Positions 1 through 9,568 of a stretch of 64,000 bases of DNA are shown here, one piece after another. Location of the stretch: positions 32,001 to 96,000 of IMG/VR virus record IMGVR_UViG_3300030329_005426; one strand, written 5' to 3'. Position 1 is the stretch's first letter; the number at the start of each line of letters is the position of its first letter. The DNA is from a virus. The position numbers and the translations under genes are program-made. Under the pieces are notes generated by a model. It saw only the letters and a program-made list of their open reading frames with translations. It was not told the DNA's origin and searched no databases.

Positions 1-330
1 TTGTAGCTTCATTAAATTTTGGTTTGTTTCAGATAGTGTTTTAATCAATTGTCCTAATACTTCAAAGGCTCTAGGTGACTGACTAGCCATAGCTAATTGT
101 TTTAATGTATCTAGCGAGTCCATTCCATTGTCTATAATATTTTTTAAATTACCACGCGCATAATTATAGTCTTCGTCAATAGCTGCGTTATTATCATCTA
201 TTACAGCTGGAATAGGCGCAGCAGCAGGCACCATCGACCCAATCTGCATATTCATAACTTCTTCGACTGTATTAGCTGGTTCAATATCTAAAATTTTATT
301 TAGATTATCTTCAGTGTTTGTCTTTGTCAT
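1..330 (-). CDS. terminase small subunit (T4 gp16-like), runs off the window edge; not in the ORF track
   Basis: Manual translation from ATG at 330: MTKTNTEDNLNKILDIE...DEDYNYARGNL...ASQSPRAFEVLGQLIK. The motif is typical of gp16, and the gene lies downstream of gp15. Confidence 0.85.
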   Translation of the reverse strand, partial: MTKTNTEDNLNKILDIEPANTVEEVMNMQIGSMVPAAAPIPAVIDDNNAAIDEDYNYARGNLKNIIDNGMDSLDTLKQLAMASQSPRAFEVLGQLIKTLSETNQNLMKLQ

Positions 331-460
331 TACAATTCTCGCATCTACATTGTTTACATACTTGTATTTGGCCTTGAATACCTTTGCCTGGTGGCCTAAA
401 TTCTTTCCAAAGAGGAACTCCACAATGGCTCTCATGACCACAATTTTGACAATTTATCAT
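311..460 (-). CDS. small Cys-rich (zinc-finger-like) hypothetical protein
   Basis: MINCQNCGHESHCG...VCKQCRCENC; overlaps both neighbours. Likely start is ATG 460. Confidence 0.55.
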   Translation of the reverse strand: MINCQNCGHESHCGVPLWKEFRPPGKGIQGQIQVCKQCRCENCNDKDKH

Positions 461-681
461 TCGAATTGTCCTGTCTCTAGGCCTTGTCTTTCGGAAGACG
501 ATTTCCATTTATCACATACATGATCTACACGACATTCAAAATCAAATAATGTACATATATTCGGCTCATGCCAATATGAACATCCTTTGTCGCAACGCCG
601 GTCGGCATCTTCAATCGTCGCTTTACGATAGTTATGTTTTAAAGCGTCCTGCACTGCTTCATGTATTTTAAATCGTTTCAT
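457..681 (-). CDS. small four-Cys protein (spacing loosely HiPIP-like)
   Basis: YRKA...CDKGCSYW...CTLF...VCDKW; start ATG 681 abuts the gp15 stop. Confidence 0.5.
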   Translation of the reverse strand: MKRFKIHEAVQDALKHNYRKATIEDADRRCDKGCSYWHEPNICTLFDFECRVDHVCDKWKSSSERQGLETGQFE

Positions 682-682
682 C

Positions 683-1555
683 TTATGGCTCCGAATCATA
701 ATGGAACATGTCTATAGCAAAACCATAATCATCATTAGCAGTTATCTGTGACGTAGCAACTGATGCTGCGCTATTAGTTGTAGCAAATCTACCTGTACTA
801 TTTACTATTAAACCAGGCGTTAATTTTATTTTTTCAGATACTGTTGCTTTATTTGTTTGTGCTTGAGTTATAGTAGTATTAGAAACACCACTTTCCCAAT
901 CAGTTCTTGGTATTAGGAAGTTGATATCTGATCTCTTAATAATACCCGACTTGGTAGTAGGTCCAAATATCCATGCTTTGACTAAGAAATCTAAAGTCCA
1001 TATCAATGCCCGACGTGTATCAAAATCACCCTCATATGTATCTTCTAAAGATATACCGTTTAAAACAGTTGCAATATCATAATTTAATGACATTTCTGGA
1101 ATCAATCTAACTGTATTTGTCCATTCTGGTGTAAAAAACGGGAGTATTTGTTCTAGAATTTGAGTTCCATCATCAGCATTTTTAACAAAAATACCTAATT
1201 GAAAATTTAAATCATATGGAACAGGGACGTATTGTTGCTTTACTTTATCTCCATCAGCAGTTTGAATTAATATATTTTTCTGCATCGTATTTAATTTACG
1301 CTGAGGATTATAATTCATACCATTCATTTCAAAACCTATTCGTGGTAATGAAATAGCAACATCTTGGTCAAGATTTGGATCTTGAGCTAGTCTGACTAGA
1401 AATTTTTCTTTAGGACCATATGCGATAGGTACTTTAATTGCCTGAACGCGCTGCCCGGCATTATTTAATCGCTGGACAACTATATCATTAAACATGTTAC
1501 CAAACATGATAACATATTTACGCAAAACTCCGTTATAATATTGATGTCCAAACAT
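683..1555 (-). CDS. tail sheath stabilizer/terminator (T4 gp15-like)
   Basis: FGNMFNDI, VPIAYGPKEKFL, LPRIGFE, PVPYDLNFQL and QILEQILPFFTP motifs; gp13-14-15-16 synteny. Confidence 0.93.
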   Translation of the reverse strand: MFGHQYYNGVLRKYVIMFGNMFNDIVVQRLNNAGQRVQAIKVPIAYGPKEKFLVRLAQDPNLDQDVAISLPRIGFEMNGMNYNPQRKLNTMQKNILIQTADGDKVKQQYVPVPYDLNFQLGIFVKNADDGTQILEQILPFFTPEWTNTVRLIPEMSLNYDIATVLNGISLEDTYEGDFDTRRALIWTLDFLVKAWIFGPTTKSGIIKRSDINFLIPRTDWESGVSNTTITQAQTNKATVSEKIKLTPGLIVNSTGRFATTNSAASVATSQITANDDYGFAIDMFHYDSEP

Positions 1556-2397
1556 TAGTATCTATCCACTTCTGAAAATGGGTTACCTTCACTGAAATCT
1601 AAAATACTATCAGCTTCTAGACCATAAAATTCATTATTCGCTGATGCATCTGTCGTTTCGATTCTAAATGATTCCTGTACAATTGAATCGCCATCCTCAC
1701 TAACCAATTTATCACCTGATTCAAGTAACATTTCATAAAATAACATATCGCCGCTATATCTAGTTTCAATAGCATCAATTTCTGTGTTACCAGTATCAAG
1801 CTGCTCATGACTATATTGAAATAACTCACAACGTAAATCATAAGTTTGAAGTCTTCCTGTTTGATAAAATACTTCTTCATGCTCAACAAATTTTATTTCA
1901 AATATTTTATCATTTAACGGAAAATATATTAAATCCCCTTCTAGAGGCCGGGAGCTGGATATACTATAACTATTAACACCAGCGGACCCAGCCTCTAGCA
2001 TCAGCATGTGACTGTTTGCGGGGGCGGATGTATTAGCAGTCTCAAGCTGATATGTATAACCTACTTCATCTTGTAAACTTTCGCCTTGACTTATCTGATC
2101 AAATCTTTTGCGAGCAACGGTTAATGTCAGTTGGTCTCTAATTTCTAGATTAAATCGAGATAAAAAATCTCCTTCACCTTCAAAACCTTCGACATTTTTA
2201 ATATACATTTCCACAGGAACAGCAAGATTAAACTGTGAAAGAGTATCTTCTCCGAATAAATTATCTTCTTTAACAAGAGTACGGGGCATATACCTTACGT
2301 CATGACCATAGATTTTAATAGCCTCTATAGTCAAGTCTTCGACTAAATCTTGCTCACCAGCATAGGAGAAATTATTAAAATACTTATTAATAGCCAT
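1555..2397 (-). CDS. neck protein (T4 gp14-like)
   Basis: EQDLVEDLTIEAIKIYGHDVRYMPR, PLEGDLIYFP, FEIKFVEHE and DFSEGNPF motifs; synteny. Confidence 0.93.
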   Translation of the reverse strand: MAINKYFNNFSYAGEQDLVEDLTIEAIKIYGHDVRYMPRTLVKEDNLFGEDTLSQFNLAVPVEMYIKNVEGFEGEGDFLSRFNLEIRDQLTLTVARKRFDQISQGESLQDEVGYTYQLETANTSAPANSHMLMLEAGSAGVNSYSISSSRPLEGDLIYFPLNDKIFEIKFVEHEEVFYQTGRLQTYDLRCELFQYSHEQLDTGNTEIDAIETRYSGDMLFYEMLLESGDKLVSEDGDSIVQESFRIETTDASANNEFYGLEADSILDFSEGNPFSEVDRY

Positions 2398-2401
2398 CTG
2401 A

Positions 2402-3145
2402 TTATCCAATCATATCTGAGACTGGCAAGCTATATGAACCTATCATTTCTTCTTCTAGCTTGTTTACCTCTTCGACAGCTTCCTCCCATATTTTTTGTCC
2501 GTTAAATGTTAAACCACCAGGCATTTGCATACCTTCGAATTTTTTAAGATTTTCCCCCCATTGCTTTTTAAATAAAGCGGTGGTATATTGTCTAAGCCAC
2601 CTATCACCATATACTGATGTATAGGTATCTGGATCTAGAACACGATATGCCTCGATAACCAGATATTCACCTAACGTTACATCATCATCCCAATCCATAT
2701 CAATATATAATCTATCTGTATGACGATTAAATCTAATAGGTTGTTTGCCTACAAATAACTCTTCTAATTGTTCAACGTGTCGCATAGCAGTTACATACGG
2801 AACATATGTAGAGCTAGTAAAGTCAAACAAATCATTTAAATGAATTTGATATCGAATATTGAATAGATTTGATGCATTAATGGCATCGCCTATATCAAAT
2901 ATACGGACAACGCCCATAATATTATCTGGGACGGTAATATATTGATTATCTTTATCTGTTTGTGTTATTGCATGTTTAAGGTATGTGCGCTCACTGCCAT
3001 CGAAATGATAATCTCGATAGTATGAAATAGCGTCGTCAATACGATCCTCAAGCTGGCCAGCATCAACATTAATGTCAACAACTGGATAGCCAAGGCGGCG
3101 CAAACAGTAATCTTTTAACTCAGTACGGGAAGCTGGTGTCGCCAT
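2402..3145 (-). CDS. neck protein (T4 gp13-like)
   Basis: LKDYCLRRLGYPVVDINV, YHFDG and KKQWGENLKKFEGMQMPGG motifs. Confidence 0.95.
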   Translation of the reverse strand: MATPASRTELKDYCLRRLGYPVVDINVDAGQLEDRIDDAISYYRDYHFDGSERTYLKHAITQTDKDNQYITVPDNIMGVVRIFDIGDAINASNLFNIRYQIHLNDLFDFTSSTYVPYVTAMRHVEQLEELFVGKQPIRFNRHTDRLYIDMDWDDDVTLGEYLVIEAYRVLDPDTYTSVYGDRWLRQYTTALFKKQWGENLKKFEGMQMPGGLTFNGQKIWEEAVEEVNKLEEEMIGSYSLPVSDMIG

Positions 3146-3168
3146 TATTGATCTCCTTGTTATGTTCT

Positions 3169-3176
3169 TATTTATA
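3169..3176 (-). promoter_or_regulatory. T4-type late promoter TATAAATA upstream of gp13
   Basis: Exact TATAAATA on the minus strand, followed by an AAGGAG RBS before gp13. Confidence 0.75.
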
Positions 3177-3194
3177 AGGAGATTGTATGTAGCT

Positions 3195-4193
3195 TTACAA
3201 CAAGGCTTTGAATTCCTCGGTAAATTGAATACACCATTTTTTAGGAACGCTAGTTGTTACCTTAAAGAACTGCCTTTCAGGATTATCTAGCGACTTATAA
3301 TAGATACCATCTCTGACCAAAATGCCCTTTTCAGATAAACTTTTCCATAAATCTGTCGAATTATGTTGAGGCAAGTCAATCCACAAACTATTCCCAAAAT
3401 TAAATTCATATGGAAATTCTACAGGCATATCTTTCAAATTATCTATAATATAATCTCTGTTCGCAATAGTAGTTTTCTTTAATTTAGGTAGCCATTCTGA
3501 TTTAGTATGTAAGGAAGCACCTGCAGCAAGTTGTCCAATGCTACTGCTCCCTAACTGGTTACCTCTTAATCCAAATACCGCTTTCATATTATCGGGGCTA
3601 CATACAACTGCTCCGGTTCTTAGACCAGCTAAACCTGGTGATTTGGAATAACTAAGAGTAATAAATGTTTTCTCTGGATAATCTTGGTATATTGCATAAT
3701 ATTCATTTAAAAAATCTTTGTAGGTGCAATCATATAATATCCATGCACCGTTTTCTTTTGCCGCGTCTTTAATTTCAATTAATTCATCTACCATATAGGT
3801 ATGCCCTATGGGATTTTGTGGATTAACAATATTAATAACATCAGCGCCTTGAATATGTTTAGGCTTTATCTTTCCAGGAACCAAAAACTGAGGCATTTCT
3901 TTAACATATTCGCGCGGCCATTTCCAAGCTGGATCAGAATCGATAAATCGACCGTTAGAATTTTTTAGAAACATTAATATTTGATATATCGCTGGGCCAG
4001 CGCCATCAGTGATACAAACCTTTGCATCTGTATCGGACAATCCAATATCATCTAATATTTGTTCATGTAGCCAATCATAGCCCATCGGTGGTGGATAATT
4101 TTGAAATAAATTATCTCTTATTCCGGCTCTAATAGTTCTTTTCATAAAACTAGGAGCAGGAAGATGACATGTATTTTGATCCATTGTAAGCAT
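3195..4193 (-). CDS. PLP-dependent class I/II aminotransferase or decarboxylase (HisC/CobD-like fold)
   Basis: NPQNPIG, DCTY and SYSKSPGLAGLRTG (PLP-lysine motif). Confidence 0.85.
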   Translation of the reverse strand: MLTMDQNTCHLPAPSFMKRTIRAGIRDNLFQNYPPPMGYDWLHEQILDDIGLSDTDAKVCITDGAGPAIYQILMFLKNSNGRFIDSDPAWKWPREYVKEMPQFLVPGKIKPKHIQGADVINIVNPQNPIGHTYMVDELIEIKDAAKENGAWILYDCTYKDFLNEYYAIYQDYPEKTFITLSYSKSPGLAGLRTGAVVCSPDNMKAVFGLRGNQLGSSSIGQLAAGASLHTKSEWLPKLKKTTIANRDYIIDNLKDMPVEFPYEFNFGNSLWIDLPQHNSTDLWKSLSEKGILVRDGIYYKSLDNPERQFFKVTTSVPKKWCIQFTEEFKALL

Positions 4194-5329
4194 TACGGAA
4201 CCCTCCATTCAATACCACGGTGTTGCCATTCATTGCTTACAACTAGTTGAGCCCAATCTGCTATCTGACCATATATGTCACTACATACCTCGCCCATTAC
4301 GTGAAAGCAATCTTCATACATCCATACATCACCATGTGGAATATTTTCTTTTACAAATGATATAGCTTGTTCAGGTGGGCATAATTCATCCATCTCACCA
4401 CCTACTAATAGATAAGGCATTTTTATTTTTTTAGCTCTTGCTATTAGTTGCTTATCAATTGCATTACAGTACTTATCAAATTTCTTTTCATCATGTATAT
4501 TAGCCATTTCCATAAAAATACGTCTAAAATTAGGCTGTGCTTGATTAAAGATTATCTCTGTATTTCCAACATTTGACATCTGGCCTATACATGCAACTAC
4601 ACTGGAATTTTTAGCAGCCGCTTCAATTACCCAACGTGTACCAAAGCTCATCCCAAATAATACTACTTGTTTCGAGCGGCCTGGTACACCCAATCCCTTA
4701 ATCATTGTATCTATAGCTTCGGACATATTATCAATTTTAATATAATTTTCATCCATCATTTGACTTACGTGTCCAGGGCCTTCAATTACAACTACATTAA
4801 AACCTCTATTATACCACGGGTTATTATACGGAAATAATACCTCTTCTTTAAATTGATCCATGCCGGGTACTATTACAACATAGGGAACATGAGGATCGTG
4901 TTCCATCACTAAAGCACTATAACCATTACCTCTGATTGTTCTAGCCTTTTCGAAATGTTGTTCGAAATGGGCCCAACAAATTTTTAATTGGCCATAATAT
5001 TCTATCTTTTTAGGATGCCGAATACCTTTAATGGTATGTTGAGCACGGCCGTAACACATAGCAGCTCTATGATAAAATTCGGCTTTTGTTGTAGATGAAA
5101 TAGCACTTCTAGCCATAAGTTCTAATTTATGACCTTGCTTCGCCCAGCTTTTAGAGTAAGAGCGACGACCAGTAATTCTACTATATACTTGTTGTAGATC
5201 ACTATACTTATATCCACGCTCTAATCGTTGAGCTAGAACGCCAGGATGAAGTGTATCCTCATTTTCACTTAATTTTAAAAAATTATCGAATACCCAATTC
5301 TGGTCGTTTCTGGATTTGGTCAGACTCAT
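4193..5329 (-). CDS. alpha/beta hydrolase (FrsA / dihydropseudooxynicotine hydrolase-like)
   Basis: PGMDQFKEE, EGPG, nucleophile elbow GMSFG, acid residue in GGEMDELCP, His in DCFH. Confidence 0.8.
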   Translation of the reverse strand: MSLTKSRNDQNWVFDNFLKLSENEDTLHPGVLAQRLERGYKYSDLQQVYSRITGRRSYSKSWAKQGHKLELMARSAISSTTKAEFYHRAAMCYGRAQHTIKGIRHPKKIEYYGQLKICWAHFEQHFEKARTIRGNGYSALVMEHDPHVPYVVIVPGMDQFKEEVLFPYNNPWYNRGFNVVVIEGPGHVSQMMDENYIKIDNMSEAIDTMIKGLGVPGRSKQVVLFGMSFGTRWVIEAAAKNSSVVACIGQMSNVGNTEIIFNQAQPNFRRIFMEMANIHDEKKFDKYCNAIDKQLIARAKKIKMPYLLVGGEMDELCPPEQAISFVKENIPHGDVWMYEDCFHVMGEVCSDIYGQIADWAQLVVSNEWQHRGIEWRVP

Positions 5330-5840
5330 TTACCATCCACCCTTTCTCATAAAAGTTCACGAGTTCATCGAATGTAAAACCACTACCATCATGTGCTTTG
5401 TCATAGAAACTAATTGTCAAAAGATAACGATGTAAATTAGGATGATCATTCTCAATCTTATGTGGATTCATTGTATTAAAGATTAGAGGTACGTTTGGTT
5501 GATAAGGTACTTCATATCTTTCAAACGTATTAGGTTCAACCATCCAACAACGCTGTGTATCGTTTTGCGCTGTTAGTAACATATTAATCGCACATGTACG
5601 CCTACCATCTTTATGCCAATTAAACCAACTATTAGCATAGAATTTCCCGACATAGGCATAATCAATCTTAACATAGAATAGATTTTTAAGATATGTCATA
5701 TATTCATCAGGTAAAGGAATAGCATATAACCCATAATCATTTGGATTATCATTATCCTCCTTGCCCAACCATTCAAAGATAGGTCCTGTGTTAATATTTA
5801 CTTTTGGAATGTGGTGCCACATTCCCTTCATATTTTCCAT
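5283..5840 (-). CDS. putative Fe(II)/2OG oxygenase-like (DSBH/cupin) protein
   Basis: WHKD (HxD) ... NPHKI distal His ... RYLLTISF. Confidence 0.6.
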   Translation of the reverse strand: MENMKGMWHHIPKVNINTGPIFEWLGKEDNDNPNDYGLYAIPLPDEYMTYLKNLFYVKIDYAYVGKFYANSWFNWHKDGRRTCAINMLLTAQNDTQRCWMVEPNTFERYEVPYQPNVPLIFNTMNPHKIENDHPNLHRYLLTISFYDKAHDGSGFTFDELVNFYEKGWMVNESDQIQKRPELGIR

Positions 5841-6199
5841 TATGTCTCCTTCGGATAGATCAAAAACACTACATGGGCATACTCAGGTACTACCCAGTTG
5901 TGCATTGTGTCGTGATCTAATATCATATCGCCCTTCTTGAAAACTAACAATTCAAAAGAGCGCTCTTTCTCTACTTGCATATGTATTTCACCATCGATAA
6001 CAACACCGAAAGTTAAACCACCCTTATGCCAGCTAGGTTCAACCGGCCCGTGATATACACAAGAACGCCACAGTCCAGTTAGCTCTCTGTCTGTTACATC
6101 CTTCCAACTATTTACGTACTCGAAACCAGGCCGGCCCTCCTTATATGTATGTGCTTCTTCCGCATATCTATCTTGCCACACCTCTGTAAACTTACTCAT
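5840..6199 (-). CDS. cupin-fold protein
   Basis: SWHKGG..GVVIDGEIHM...KKGDMILDHDTMHNW; likely start MSKFTE at 6199. Confidence 0.6.
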   Translation of the reverse strand: MSKFTEVWQDRYAEEAHTYKEGRPGFEYVNSWKDVTDRELTGLWRSCVYHGPVEPSWHKGGLTFGVVIDGEIHMQVEKERSFELLVFKKGDMILDHDTMHNWVVPEYAHVVFLIYPKET

Positions 6200-7199
6200 T
6201 ATGCCATCTCCCAAATCCGCCCATGTTCCAATCTTCGTCAATCCAAGCACCATAAGGAGACCCGTGATTAGGTCGTCCTGTCTTGGCTAAATGTTTGTGA
6301 ACATCAAATAATCTTTTACCTTTATGTCCGAAAAGATTCTTTGGTGTAGATTCTTGTTTAGTCCATTCAAATACGTCATCTGTTCTATAATATTCACGTA
6401 TACTTTCTTTTATTTGAAATTTGTGTATAGAATCATGGCACGTAGCTACAGGATTATTCATCGACCATAATTGAATAAGTGGATGTTCATAAAAATGAAT
6501 TAAATTGTTTATGCGTTTTCTTGCGATACAATGATATCTAGTAGCATTTAATTGCCACTTCATTGTCCAAAATAACCACCAAAATTCATCTGCATTTGAT
6601 TCCAAATCAAAAGGACATGCATCTAATACTGGTTGTAAAAATTCTTTGCGGCTATCAGGAATACCGTCATCAACATCCCATATAAAGCCAGTCCCTTCAA
6701 CCCAACCTTTTTTATTTGCTATACCCACTTCTCTAGTACAGTAATCACCAAACTCACCACTGATTAATGTTACCGGCTTTTCAGATAATTCAGATAACAT
6801 AAGATAAAAATCTTTAAATTTAAATCTTGGTGCTTTTCTAACAATATTTTTATAAAAATATGGATTTTCTTCTATACTCGTATCAGAATATACAATAGTA
6901 AAAAAGGCCCCTATCTTTAAAAGACTCGTAACAATATTAGTACTATCAATACCACCAGACCAAAGAACGTATAAAGGATCATCTGAGTTATTCCAGATAT
7001 CCTCAGCAACGCTTTGTGATACGTCACTAAATGAATCGTTTATTTGTTTGTATTTGGGAATAGGGGATATATCTACCTGATCATATGGTAGATCAATGCT
7101 GTGCGTTCTATCATAAATTCGTTTGTCTGTAAATTCGTGGCTGAGCTGGTTCCAGAATTCATCTTCAAACTCCGCCATAGGCGGCATAATATATTTCAT
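6192..7199 (-). CDS. asparagine-synthetase-like ATP pyrophosphatase (PP-loop) lacking a glutaminase domain
   Basis: LWSGGIDST PP-loop, ISGEFGD, HFY...QLWS, HKFQIKE. Confidence 0.7.
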   Translation of the reverse strand: MKYIMPPMAEFEDEFWNQLSHEFTDKRIYDRTHSIDLPYDQVDISPIPKYKQINDSFSDVSQSVAEDIWNNSDDPLYVLWSGGIDSTNIVTSLLKIGAFFTIVYSDTSIEENPYFYKNIVRKAPRFKFKDFYLMLSELSEKPVTLISGEFGDYCTREVGIANKKGWVEGTGFIWDVDDGIPDSRKEFLQPVLDACPFDLESNADEFWWLFWTMKWQLNATRYHCIARKRINNLIHFYEHPLIQLWSMNNPVATCHDSIHKFQIKESIREYYRTDDVFEWTKQESTPKNLFGHKGKRLFDVHKHLAKTGRPNHGSPYGAWIDEDWNMGGFGRWHNE

Positions 7200-7217
7200 A
7201 GTTTACATCACTTTATA

Positions 7218-7844
7218 TTATTCAGAAAAGATAGCAACTCGCTTTGTTAGAATTGTATTGATACGATCTTTTTCTTCATCAAGAATTTTAGCTGTAGATA
7301 CAGTCGCTGTTGATGCTACGTTGGATGAAGGCCAACCGGAACCGGTATTATAATTCTCAGCATTAGCAACCGCAGTCATATTTGTAATTTCAAGTAACTT
7401 TGAATCAGCTGTTGATCGAATAGACTGACGATAATTAAGAAGGGATTGAGACACAGTAGTATTAGAGGTATTAGCATTTAATTGAGTTTCATAGGCACGG
7501 ACAACTTGCCAATCACTCTGAACCAAAATAGCATAAGCTCTTTCATTAACTTCCATTGAAAGAGTATTTTTAACACTAGCAAGACTAGCAGCTGTTTTAG
7601 TTCCTGGATGTTTTACCACAGTTCCTGCATCATCATCTACAGTATATGTAGGTGAATCCCAGTTAACTGTATAAAAACGCTCATCGATACTTTCCAGTGT
7701 CATACTGTAAATACCAATATCCTTTAACTCGGAAGCTGTCCACGCAGAAAAAATCTGCGAAGAATGTTTAGTTCCGTCAATAGTAATATCTACAGGATTT
7801 AGTAACTCCTGTGATACTGACGATGATTCTACTAATGCCCACAT
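7218..7844 (-). CDS. phage tail fibre assembly/chaperone-like protein
   Basis: IFSAWTASELKDIGIY and SDWQVVR...YRQSIR motifs, seen in fibre-associated proteins; located next to the adhesin. Confidence 0.6.
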   Translation of the reverse strand: MWALVESSSVSQELLNPVDITIDGTKHSSQIFSAWTASELKDIGIYSMTLESIDERFYTVNWDSPTYTVDDDAGTVVKHPGTKTAASLASVKNTLSMEVNERAYAILVQSDWQVVRAYETQLNANTSNTTVSQSLLNYRQSIRSTADSKLLEITNMTAVANAENYNTGSGWPSSNVASTATVSTAKILDEEKDRINTILTKRVAIFSE

Positions 7845-7845
7845 A

Positions 7846-8631
7846 TCATTCGATCCCCAATATTTGATTTGTTGTCCGTTTATCTATCCATTTATGCCAT
7901 GGAGGTAAGTATTTATACGTTTTGTACATAGCAAATTCATGTTGTTCATCTTCATTTAGCTTATTAGTTATATCTTCTGGTAAAGGCTCATACTTACCGC
8001 TTTGATACATACCTTCTACTTTTCTGGCACATCCTACACAGTTTCTGCAATCTTTAAGTCCATCATCTGTCTTAATTGGATAATGACAAGATGTAGTTAG
8101 CTGAACTAATTCAGGTGGTAACATTTGTATAATATCACGTTTACACATATGATTAACCGGTCTCAACCACTGAACATTATTATCAGTTGCTGCTTTAAAT
8201 ATTTTTAAAGCCTTATTAAATAAAGCAGAACCTGTTGTTGTTTCATCAGTTGCTATTCTCCCAGTCGCAATAGCCCTTGTATGATTTTCCCATTCAATAG
8301 GAATATGATCAGGAAGTACCATACATGCACCCAACATTGCATATAATAAATGATCTGGTGGCGCGCCTGTCCCATTAAAGGAAAAGCGTGACCATGTAAA
8401 TCGCTCTATCCATTTAGGCCCGTCACCTGTATTAGCAGGATCCCGTAACCAATTAACTACATTTTGTGCTGCTTGAAATTCTGAGGAATGCTTATGAGAA
8501 CCCCAACGATCCATAATAAGATGATGAATATGAACCGTATATCCATCTTGTATCATTTTATAAATCATTCCAGTAGAATCTAATCCACCAGACAGAAAAG
8601 CAACCACCTTCACGTGATTTGATCTTGCCAT
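7846..8631 (-). CDS. divergent QueC-like PP-loop ATPase
   Basis: FLSGGLDST, KRDII and TTSCH...CRNCVGC zinc motif. Confidence 0.7.
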   Translation of the reverse strand: MARSNHVKVVAFLSGGLDSTGMIYKMIQDGYTVHIHHLIMDRWGSHKHSSEFQAAQNVVNWLRDPANTGDGPKWIERFTWSRFSFNGTGAPPDHLLYAMLGACMVLPDHIPIEWENHTRAIATGRIATDETTTGSALFNKALKIFKAATDNNVQWLRPVNHMCKRDIIQMLPPELVQLTTSCHYPIKTDDGLKDCRNCVGCARKVEGMYQSGKYEPLPEDITNKLNEDEQHEFAMYKTYKYLPPWHKWIDKRTTNQILGIE

Positions 8632-8632
8632 A

Positions 8633-9568
8633 TTAACTTACTATATCAATCCCTAATAGTAAATGAGATTTCCATGCCACAACGGGTTCAAATTTCGTAC
8701 TACAATGTAAGAAATCGGGTCTAAACATAATCATATTACCTATATACCATGGCATAACTTCTTTAATACTTAAACCCTGCTTCATTGCATTACTATGCTT
8801 ATCCCAATTAGGCGGTCCAAGGACAGCGTTAAAATTAGTACTTTTACTTCTTGTATCCTGCTCTGTAACACCTGTTAGGTCAGTTTTAATTACCATTCCG
8901 CCTGCAGTATTAGCTCTACCGTTAGCAAGGGCAGATGGTAAAAATACAACATTATTACCATATCGTTGTTCAAAAATAACTAATCCGGGACCAACTTCAG
9001 GAGATGAATTTGCGGCTGAAACCCAATGTCCATTTGCATTATATCCCGAACCAGAACCCCCAACAGCTACTGATAGGCCGTTGGCATATAACTGATTTGT
9101 TTTGCCTGAATTACCAACTGGTAAACCAAATTTATCCTTTTCTTCACCTTTCGTCGAAGTATCCGATCCCCAACCACTTGACATATAGGCTGGTTTAATA
9201 CGTAACTTAATTGGAATAATTACCGAATAATCATAATCAGAACCATCGGAATGAATTCTAGACGGGAAGGACCATGTTTTAACAGAACACGAATGTATTT
9301 TAATTTTTGTGCCTAATGAAGTCTCTATATCAGATTGTATTGCAGATTGAAGATCTGCGGGCACCGATACAGTTGATCCTAATAAGCGTTGTCTGCTTCC
9401 TGAAGTTGAACCTATAAGATTGTTTGCAGCTTGTTGATTAGTAGCAGATAAAACATTTTCTTTATAGATTATATCATACTTTTCCGGATTATAAACAGCA
9501 TCTCTGATCCAGTAATCAGATTCTGCTGCGCGAGATACAGTATTAGATATAGCGGATTTAACTTCCAT
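8633..9568 (-). CDS. putative Fe(II)/2OG oxygenase-like protein
   Basis: RIHSD (HxD) ... WYIGNMIMFRPDFLHCS; start ATG 9568 overlaps the adhesin stop (TAATG). Confidence 0.55.
   Translation of the reverse strand: MEVKSAISNTVSRAAESDYWIRDAVYNPEKYDIIYKENVLSATNQQAANNLIGSTSGSRQRLLGSTVSVPADLQSAIQSDIETSLGTKIKIHSCSVKTWSFPSRIHSDGSDYDYSVIIPIKLRIKPAYMSSGWGSDTSTKGEEKDKFGLPVGNSGKTNQLYANGLSVAVGGSGSGYNANGHWVSAANSSPEVGPGLVIFEQRYGNNVVFLPSALANGRANTAGGMVIKTDLTGVTEQDTRSKSTNFNAVLGPPNWDKHSNAMKQGLSIKEVMPWYIGNMIMFRPDFLHCSTKFEPVVAWKSHLLLGIDIVS

Noticed and set aside
7846-8631. Evidence for 7-deazaguanine DNA modification
   Set aside because: The protein is divergent and no folE, queD, queE or dpdA is present here, so the claim cannot be supported from this window.
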